Assembly (NCBI GenBank): GCA_024698585.1
Contig: JAILRB010000043.1
Location: forward strand, 20,682-52,681
Reading direction: 5' to 3'
Length of the DNA stretch: 32,000 nt
Source: Eubacterium sp.
Lineage (GTDB): Bacteria > Bacillota > Clostridia > Lachnospirales > Lachnospiraceae
Shown here: one piece after another, positions 26,029 through 32,000 of the stretch
How positions within the stretch are numbered: the stretch's first letter is position 1
How the letters are laid out: each line of letters opens with the position of its first letter
Program-made: the position numbers and the translations under genes
The notes under the pieces: model-generated
The model's input: only the letters and a program-made list of their open reading frames with translations
The model's database searches: none
Told to the model about the DNA's origin: nothing

Positions 26029-26685
26029 TTAAACTCCTCTCTGATTCGGGTCCCATATTACTTTGTGCATTTGAATCTGCAAACGCACATCATTCATTTT
26101 ATGCTCCAACATGTAATTTACAATTTCTTCCGGCTCTATGGAACCGAATACCGGACTGAAATATACATGACATTTTTCCGTCAATTGATATTGTTCTATG
26201 ACGCTCTTTGCTCGGTCTAAGTCCTCCCGGTTTGCAACCACACATTTCACGGTGTCCTCACCGGTGAGTCCCCTAAAGTTCTCAAGGCACATCCGATCAT
26301 TGCATCCACTGGATGGGGATTTATAATCCATGGTAAATACCGGTTTCTTTCGAAAAGAAAACTGGGACAAATCCACCGAACCATTGGTTTCGATTTCCAC
26401 GCGGATTCCCGGCTGTTCCAAAAGGCTATCCACCAGAGATACAATCTCATTCTGAAGCATTGGTTCTCCTCCGGTCAACGTGACATTCTTGATTCCTGTC
26501 TCTTTCACATACTGAACAATTTCTTCCACGCTTAATGATTCATAGGGACACTCTACTTCATTGGCCCACTTGGTATCACAATAGGAGCAATTCAGATTAC
26601 ACCCCTTGAAACGGAGAAACACTGCTAACTCTCCTGCCCGGGTGCTTTCCCCATTAATGCTGACAAATTTTTCTACAACTTTCAT
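26029..26685 (-). CDS. queE: 7-carboxy-7-deazaguanine synthase (radical SAM)
   Basis: 218 aa. [16 protein letters not shown] is the CX3CX2C-type cluster motif, and GGEP is present. Confidence 0.9.
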   Translation of the reverse strand: MKVVEKFVSINGESTRAGELAVFLRFKGCNLNCSYCDTKWANEVECPYESLSVEEIVQYVKETGIKNVTLTGGEPMLQNEIVSLVDSLLEQPGIRVEIETNGSVDLSQFSFRKKPVFTMDYKSPSSGCNDRMCLENFRGLTGEDTVKCVVANREDLDRAKSVIEQYQLTEKCHVYFSPVFGSIEPEEIVNYMLEHKMNDVRLQIQMHKVIWDPNQRGV

Positions 26686-26687
26686 GA

Positions 26688-27107
26688 TTACTCCTCATAT
26701 GCCGCAAAGTTATTCGGTGTTTCATAAACTTCCACACGATGCACCGGGAACCCTTTTTCCTTCATGCGATCATAAAAATACTTTGCAAAGTTTTCTGCAG
26801 TAGGAACCATTGGTAGTTCAATAATTTTAAATCCTTCTTCCAAAAGTGCTTCTTTTGTCTTCTCTTTCAAAGACCCTGTCTCAATAATGAACTGGTGATC
26901 GAATGCATCACACAATTCCTTTAATGCATCCTTAATATCTGTGAAGTCAATAATCATTCCTCTCTTTGGTCCTTCTTCATTCAGATTTTCCCGATTGATT
27001 TCCACAACGACTTTCCATCGATGTCCATGCAGATTGCTACACTTTCCATCATATCCTTTTAAAAAATGTGCTGAATCAAAGCACTCCTCTGTTCTCAAAA
27101 AATACAT
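26688..27107 (-). CDS. queD: 6-carboxy-5,6,7,8-tetrahydropterin synthase
   Basis: 139 aa with FDSAHFL...CSNLHGHRW, the PTPS/QueD Zn-His motif. Confidence 0.9.
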   Translation of the reverse strand: MYFLRTEECFDSAHFLKGYDGKCSNLHGHRWKVVVEINRENLNEEGPKRGMIIDFTDIKDALKELCDAFDHQFIIETGSLKEKTKEALLEEGFKIIELPMVPTAENFAKYFYDRMKEKGFPVHRVEVYETPNNFAAYEE

Positions 27108-27124
27108 ATTTTCTCTCCTTATAA

Positions 27125-27155
27125 TAAGAAAATCCCGCGGTATGCACCACGGGAT
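27125..27155 (-). terminator. Intrinsic terminator forming the expression platform of the preQ1 riboswitch
   Basis: The minus-strand RNA is AUCCCGUGG UGCAUA CCGCGGGAU UUUCUU. It lies between the aptamer and the queD RBS. Confidence 0.7.
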
Positions 27156-27186
27156 AATAAACGCACTTATCGTGTACTCATTGAAG

Positions 27187-27229
27187 CCCTAGTTTTGTTT
27201 AACGACAGGATGGTGCAAACGAACTGTCG
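27187..27229 (-). promoter_or_regulatory. preQ1-I riboswitch aptamer
   Basis: The minus-strand RNA is CGACAG UUCGUUUGCACCAUC CUGUCG UUAAACAAAACUAGGG. It has a 6-bp P1, a loop beginning UUC, and an A-rich tail ending AAAACUA, as in the B. subtilis and T. tengcongensis preQ1-I aptamers as I recall them. It sits directly upstream of queDE-folE-queCF. Confidence 0.8.
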
Positions 27230-27237
27230 TACCGTAT

Positions 27238-27266
27238 ATCATATCTTATTTATAGACAAAAAGCAA
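27238..27266 (-). promoter_or_regulatory. Sigma-A promoter of the que operon (TTGCTT-17-TATGAT)
   Basis: The reverse complement reads ttgctt tttgtctataaataaga tatgat. The predicted start is a few nt before riboswitch P1, and the -35 overlaps the U-tract of the upstream terminator. Confidence 0.5.
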
Positions 27267-27296
27267 CACCACCCTGCAATCACAGGATGGTGCATC
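27257..27296 (-). terminator. Intrinsic terminator of the CotH/LRR surface-protein unit
   Basis: The minus-strand RNA is CACCAUCCUG UGAUUG CAGGGUGGUG, followed by UUGCUUUUUGU. It begins about 10 nt after the stop at 27304. Confidence 0.7.
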
Positions 27297-27303
27297 GCTT
27301 TTT

Positions 27304-30300
27304 TTATTTTATTTTGATTCGTTTAATATCAGACCAATCACCAAATACTCTTGATTTTCCATTTTTTCGATATGCTCTTGCTCTGACAAACAATTTCTTC
27401 AAGCCTTCCACTTTCTTTGACTTCACAGAAACTTTTACAGAATCCACATATTTTTTCACCAATGCGGATTTATTCTTTTTCGCCTGTTTCTTTGACTGAT
27501 AGATACAAACCTGATAGCCATCGGCACCTTCTACCTTAGAAAGTTTTAAGCGAATTTTTTTAGCTGCTTTTTTCTTCTTGTATCCTTTCTTAATAACAAC
27601 CTTTTTCGGTTTTTTCACCTTAGACGCTTCTGTCGTCTTTTCCTGTGAACTCGTAGTCGTTTCTGTTGTTGGTTCTTCTGACGATTCACCAGATTCCACA
27701 ACCACATCCACTACTTGTACATCAACATTGCTTCCGTAAGACTGAACTACAACAATTTTTGCTTTTCCGACACTCTTTCCATATACGACACCGTTTCGAC
27801 TCACTTCTACAATTTCAGGATCTAGCGATTTAAATAACACTCTCTGATACTGACTAAAGCTTACCATTTCGTTTGTGAATCTAAAGCCCAGATTTCCGTA
27901 AGAGCCCTGTTTCAGATTCAAGGAATCCACAATCGAATAATCTTCGTCGTTTTCGATTTCCTGTTCACTAACTCCAATGATTGTAATCTGTTTTACTACA
28001 TCGCCAGCAATACAATTTACAATATATTCTCCTGGTTTTCGTAAGTAAACTTCACCATCTTCGGAAAGATGAATGTCTTTACTTTCTTCTTCTAATGAAT
28101 ACTTTACATCTTCAATATCTGCATCCATTGGAAGCACTGAAATCAACTGATTCAAATACAGGGTTTCGCTCTCATAATAAGGTTCTTCCTCCGTATCCAT
28201 ATACCATTCTTCCATTGGAACATAGTAAGTATCTGCAAAAGATGTAATCGCAGTAATCGGAATGATACTGTCTTCTGAAACATATTTCGCATAGAAGGTA
28301 TAAGGAACTAATTCTTCCTCCGTCTCTTCCTCTGTCTTCTTTATCGTCTCTGGCTCTTCCGTCACTTCGCTTTCCTCAGAAGAATTGTAATAAAATGGCC
28401 AAACCTCTTCGTTCAGTTTATGCTCTACACCATCTTCATCTTCATAGAACCATCCCTTGAAGACCATTCCTTCTTTTTCCGGAGCCTCTGGAATTTCACT
28501 CATCTCAATACATTCGTTCCATGCATCATAATGAACATAAGCCACGATTTCACCATCCACTGTAAACGGAATCTCCGGATACTTTCCATAATTTCCTTCA
28601 CCGATGGTCGATACATTTTCATCCATCCATTCCACTGATGCATTGACAGTTCTCTTTAATCGGTCCACTTCATTGAAGTAATTCAAATGATAAAGTTCTC
28701 CATTTTCGTCACGATTAACAACCGGTTCATCACCCCAATAGTTAATATCTCCCATCAGATAAGAACCTCTTACCTGATAATTTGCTAATGCGGAATAATA
28801 AAGTTGATTCTTGCACTGGTCAATGAAGCCACCGTCAGAGGCAATGTCTTTCAGAATTTCTGACATAACCTGCCAACGTTCTACCACTTTTTCCTTTACT
28901 TCCGGATCCTTTTCAAGTAATGTTTCAAACCATGGATTTCCATAAATGCACTGGAATCCTTCTACGCCTCCATTTGCCAGATAATCTGTTTCCGGAGCTC
29001 CCCATGCAACAAAATCAAAATCCCATACCGGACCCCAGTACAGCAAGCCGTTTCGTTCCTTGTACAGGTATGTACTTCCGCCGTAAGCATCACCATTTTT
29101 TGAAATTTCCTGAATCAGATAATAGTCAATATATGACTGCTCATCCATATAGTCTCGCCAATCCTTACCTGCTAACTCTTCATCAATTCCATCGGCCTCT
29201 TCATCAAAGTATTCATCTTCCCCTTCAATGATATAATTCAGCTCATGCAGGTAGTTTGTGATGTAGTCCACCTGAGCCTGCTTTGCTTCCTCAGAATAGT
29301 CTGCATCATATTCCGGCTTATCAATAAGGAATAAATTATTTCCAACATGAATATTTGGTTTTCCTTCATCTCCCTTTAACCAGGATTCGTCCATGGCAAG
29401 CAAATATCCTCCGGTTATATTCGGTAAGGTGCTGGCCGGCTTATCTTCCAAATCATCTATAGCGACATTGTTTTTCCCGATTCGAACATGCTGTGTCAAC
29501 TGATAACTACCACAATATTCCCCGGCAATTACCACATCTACAAACACGCTCTTTGGCGTATACTCTAAGTCCATTCGCTTCGCAAGTTCAAAGGTCATTT
29601 TATTTCTAACCAAGGAATAATCGTAATAGTTTGCTAAAAGAACCCAATGCTTGCTACTGCCCATACCAAATAAATCTGCTGATTTATCCAGTTTAATCTT
29701 ATATGGTTTCTTTGATGTTAACCAGGTGGAATTACCACGTCCACGAATATAGTCCAGTTCATAGGTGGCACTTTCCAGCGGTTTATCTGTATATTCACAT
29801 TCATATCCTTCCGGAATCTGAACGTTCATATCTCCGTATCCCATAATGGAATGATCTTCTGATCCGTTAATTCGGTCAACTGTGTTTACCTCTTCATCCA
29901 GATCAAAATTGAGTACCGGCGTGCTTCCTTCTGTAAAGAACATGCTTTCCAAAAACAGGCTTCCCTTTACACCACTGGATTTAATAATATTTCCCTCATC
30001 GTCCAAAGCACTATTGGCAACATATTTTAGGTAAACCTGATGCAGTCCCTGTACTTCCTTGTCTCTAACATCCACTGCCTTATTTCGGATTTCTTCCCAG
30101 TCACTATCAGCACTTCTCTTAATATTTAAGGTTGCAAACGGCTCTGTTTCCTCATCCAGATACAAATATGCCTTTCCTTTCATATTTTTCTTTGCCAAAA
30201 TGTTATAGATTAAATACCCTAACTTCATTTCACCAAAGTCAAAAGTTCCTAAATCAAACTTTGCTCTGGCTAACAGACCGGTATCAATCCCTTTGATTTC

Positions 30301-30657
30301 CAGTCCGCGAACACCTGCCGCACTGACAACCGTGTTCATCTTGTACTTCGGGCTTTCGCCCTCACCTAACTGAAAGGTCGGTTCTTCCAATTTTCCGTCT
30401 TCGAAGTCTGCAGCAAAGGAATGCTTAATAAAAGCATCCGGAACGCCTAACGCTTTTGCTTCGTCAATGACTTCCTGCTCGTAATCAACAGGGATATCTT
30501 CCTCATCCCCTGATTCCTCTTCGGACCCTTCATGGCCCTCACCGTTCTCCTGCTCTGAGAGCACCTGTGTGCCTTCAGCCATGGTAAGCTGCGGCATCAC
30601 ACTGAATACCATCGCTATGGATAGCATTACAGCCAAATGTTTCTTCAATTTTCTCAA
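27304..30657 (-). CDS. Large exported CotH-kinase-family multidomain surface protein
   Basis: 1117 aa with a TTG start (AAGGAG 10 nt upstream) and a signal peptide, MRKLKKHLAVMLSIAMVFSVMPQLTMA. The CotH core is YIRGRGNSTWLTSKKPYKIKLDKSADLFGMGSSKHWVLLANYYDYSLVRNKM. A Listeria-Bacteroides (Flg_new) repeat (VFKGWFYEDEDG), a Big_2-like region and a Lys-rich FN3-like C-terminus (KVEGADGYQV...) are also present. Confidence 0.85.
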   Translation of the reverse strand: MRKLKKHLAVMLSIAMVFSVMPQLTMAEGTQVLSEQENGEGHEGSEEESGDEEDIPVDYEQEVIDEAKALGVPDAFIKHSFAADFEDGKLEEPTFQLGEGESPKYKMNTVVSAAGVRGLEIKGIDTGLLARAKFDLGTFDFGEMKLGYLIYNILAKKNMKGKAYLYLDEETEPFATLNIKRSADSDWEEIRNKAVDVRDKEVQGLHQVYLKYVANSALDDEGNIIKSSGVKGSLFLESMFFTEGSTPVLNFDLDEEVNTVDRINGSEDHSIMGYGDMNVQIPEGYECEYTDKPLESATYELDYIRGRGNSTWLTSKKPYKIKLDKSADLFGMGSSKHWVLLANYYDYSLVRNKMTFELAKRMDLEYTPKSVFVDVVIAGEYCGSYQLTQHVRIGKNNVAIDDLEDKPASTLPNITGGYLLAMDESWLKGDEGKPNIHVGNNLFLIDKPEYDADYSEEAKQAQVDYITNYLHELNYIIEGEDEYFDEEADGIDEELAGKDWRDYMDEQSYIDYYLIQEISKNGDAYGGSTYLYKERNGLLYWGPVWDFDFVAWGAPETDYLANGGVEGFQCIYGNPWFETLLEKDPEVKEKVVERWQVMSEILKDIASDGGFIDQCKNQLYYSALANYQVRGSYLMGDINYWGDEPVVNRDENGELYHLNYFNEVDRLKRTVNASVEWMDENVSTIGEGNYGKYPEIPFTVDGEIVAYVHYDAWNECIEMSEIPEAPEKEGMVFKGWFYEDEDGVEHKLNEEVWPFYYNSSEESEVTEEPETIKKTEEETEEELVPYTFYAKYVSEDSIIPITAITSFADTYYVPMEEWYMDTEEEPYYESETLYLNQLISVLPMDADIEDVKYSLEEESKDIHLSEDGEVYLRKPGEYIVNCIAGDVVKQITIIGVSEQEIENDEDYSIVDSLNLKQGSYGNLGFRFTNEMVSFSQYQRVLFKSLDPEIVEVSRNGVVYGKSVGKAKIVVVQSYGSNVDVQVVDVVVESGESSEEPTTETTTSSQEKTTEASKVKKPKKVVIKKGYKKKKAAKKIRLKLSKVEGADGYQVCIYQSKKQAKKNKSALVKKYVDSVKVSVKSKKVEGLKKLFVRARAYRKNGKSRVFGDWSDIKRIKIK

Positions 30658-30674
30658 GTTTTTCTTTCTCCTTT

Positions 30675-32000
30675 CTACTTAACTGTTACCTTGATTTTTG
30701 CGCATACCCCGTTCTGAGCGTACACATATATTTCACAGCTTCCTTTACGCTTTCCGGTAATGACACCTTTTGCATTGACTGTTGCAACCTTAACATTGGT
30801 TGATTCAAATGCAGTCTTACGATGCTTTTTCACCTTCAATTTCTTAGAAGCAGCTACTTCCTTTGCTTTAATTTTAAAAGTCTTCTTTACCGCTATAGAA
30901 GCTTTCTTTTTCTTTAAGGAAACCTTCTTCGCGTTTCCGACTTTTCCACCCTTAGTTGCAGCATGAACAGTTTTTGATGTGGAAATGACTTTTCCATTCT
31001 GGTCAACTGCTACAACAATGAACTTATAATAAGTTCCTTTTTTTATTTTATTTTTGCCAATAGCTTTTATATTTACGGAAGTCCCTGTAACCGTAGTCAA
31101 TTTCATATATTTGTTCCTCTTTCCACAGGCATTTCCGAAAACAACATAATTTTTTGCCCCACTGATTTTCTTCCAGGACAGTTTTACGGAATTCTTTGTA
31201 ACCTTCTTACCATTCAACTGCAAGCCACTGTACAGGGATTCCTTTAAATCCGCTTCGCTGTTTAGACTGGTAATGGTCTTTTCCTTAGAGGCAATCGTAT
31301 CTCCCTTCGATCCACTGCTTCCACTGGATTTTCCGCTGGAAGAAATATTTGCCTCCTTCGCAGGATCATTTTCGTAGACAATCTTGATTTTTGATCCGAA
31401 AGACTTTTCGTTTACCGTCTTAAAATAGGTATCCATATCACTTCCTTGAATGACATAGGCTGTAACCCCTGCATAAACAATTCCGGATGTATTGGTTCCA
31501 AGACCATAATTCGGATTTGTAGTATCACTGAGTTTTGTGACACTGGTACGAATCGTCTTTAAGTTGGAACAATTTACAAATGCCCTGGAACTGAAATAGA
31601 ACGGATCATCATTTCCGGTTCCTCCAATCACTACTTCTGTCAAATTCGGACACTCATAGAAAGCATTTTCAGCAATGCCTTCGTAGCCCTTCGGTACAAT
31701 CACTTTCTGCACGGTTTTATTTCCATTAAAAGTATCAGAAGCAATAAACCCCGGTCCCTGATAGGTCTTTCCATTGTACTGAACCTCTGTCGGCAATGTT
31801 ACCACGGTAGCTGTTCCCGTATATTTCGTCACCCACAGAGAGCCATATCCACCGCCATCATCATAAAATGTAATTTCAAATCCATCCACGGAGATTTTAA
31901 TTTCTTCCGCTTTTACAGGCTTTGAAATACCAACAATCATCGTCATACATACTGTCAATGCCAACAGCAATGACCCTAGTCTTTTTGTCATAGTTTTCAT
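30675..32000 (-). CDS. Exported BspA-type leucine-rich-repeat protein with FN3-like and Big_2 C-terminal domains
   Basis: 441 aa with the ATG exactly at the window edge (32000-31998). The signal peptide is MKTMTKRLGSLLLALTVCMTMIVGISKPVKA. The LRR_5 pattern is IAENAFYECPNLTEVVIGG...SRAFVNCSNLKTI. VKLSWKKISGAKNY is FN3-like. The C-terminal Big_2 is STNVKVATVNAKGVITGKRKGSCEIYVYA. Confidence 0.75.
   Translation of the reverse strand: MKTMTKRLGSLLLALTVCMTMIVGISKPVKAEEIKISVDGFEITFYDDGGGYGSLWVTKYTGTATVVTLPTEVQYNGKTYQGPGFIASDTFNGNKTVQKVIVPKGYEGIAENAFYECPNLTEVVIGGTGNDDPFYFSSRAFVNCSNLKTIRTSVTKLSDTTNPNYGLGTNTSGIVYAGVTAYVIQGSDMDTYFKTVNEKSFGSKIKIVYENDPAKEANISSSGKSSGSSGSKGDTIASKEKTITSLNSEADLKESLYSGLQLNGKKVTKNSVKLSWKKISGAKNYVVFGNACGKRNKYMKLTTVTGTSVNIKAIGKNKIKKGTYYKFIVVAVDQNGKVISTSKTVHAATKGGKVGNAKKVSLKKKKASIAVKKTFKIKAKEVAASKKLKVKKHRKTAFESTNVKVATVNAKGVITGKRKGSCEIYVYAQNGVCAKIKVTVK

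Noticed and set aside
26027-26056. Longer starts used by the track for folE (26056), iorB (TTG 2581), fabZ (TTG 13148) and accC (TTG 12698)
   Set aside because: In each case a downstream ATG has a properly spaced GGAG-type RBS and matches the conserved family N-terminus. The longer forms overlap the preceding gene and have an RBS that is too close or absent.
27257-27296. A second, tandem preQ1 aptamer suggested by the shared GCACCAUCCUGU segment
   Set aside because: This element is a simple 10-bp hairpin followed by a U-tract directly after the CotH gene stop. It lacks the UUC loop start and the A-rich AAAACUA tail, so it is better explained as a terminator.
1-32000. A search for mobile elements, CRISPR arrays, tRNA/rRNA genes, toxin-antitoxin pairs and known defence systems
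   Set aside because: I saw no transposase, integrase or recombinase signatures, no spaced repeat arrays, no tRNA-like cloverleaf candidates in the short intergenic regions and no nuclease/ATPase/RT gene combinations. The window appears to be core metabolism plus surface-protein genes. A covariance-model scan (tRNAscan/Infernal) would be needed to exclude small RNAs formally.

Overview
32-kb chromosomal segment that looks like a low-GC Gram-positive anaerobe (Bacillota, Clostridia-like). That assignment is inferred only from the FabK-type FAS-II operon, the IOR/PaaK operon, GGAGG ribosome-binding sites and sigma-A promoters. The window is almost fully coding, with 29 protein genes. I saw no rRNA, tRNA, CRISPR array, transposase, integrase, phage gene or recognisable defence gene. 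Left to right: (1) a 3'-truncated secreted ricin-type lectin gene (-). (2) iorA-iorB-paaK (+), indolepyruvate:ferredoxin oxidoreductase plus phenylacetate-CoA ligase. (3) A 447-aa orphan protein (+) with an EF-Tu domain-2-like barrel and two SseB-like halves. (4) A two-gene unit (-) of a 583-aa exported Big_2 protein and a PrsW-type intramembrane protease. (5) A 10-kb fatty-acid synthesis operon (-): fabH-acpP-fabK-fabD-fabG-fabF-accB-fabZ-accC, a fused accD/accA, and a second FabK/nitronate-monooxygenase paralog, with a TetR regulator transcribed divergently. (6) A MetRS-like class I aaRS paralog, a GT-C-like membrane protein and a Ca2+/H+ antiporter (-). (7) A complete preQ1 operon queD-queE-folE-queC-queF (-) behind a preQ1-I riboswitch with an intrinsic-terminator expression platform. 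(8) Two large exported surface proteins (-): a CotH-kinase multidomain protein and a BspA-type LRR protein. I found no convincing new multi-gene system. The most unusual items are the MetRS-like paralog with a degenerate KMSKS and apparently altered Met pocket, the EF-Tu-D2/SseB orphan, the TetR regulator and repeated operator-like boxes at the fab promoter, and the PrsW pairing with an uncharacterised exported protein. All calls come from reading the sequence and from motif memory, and no searches were run.
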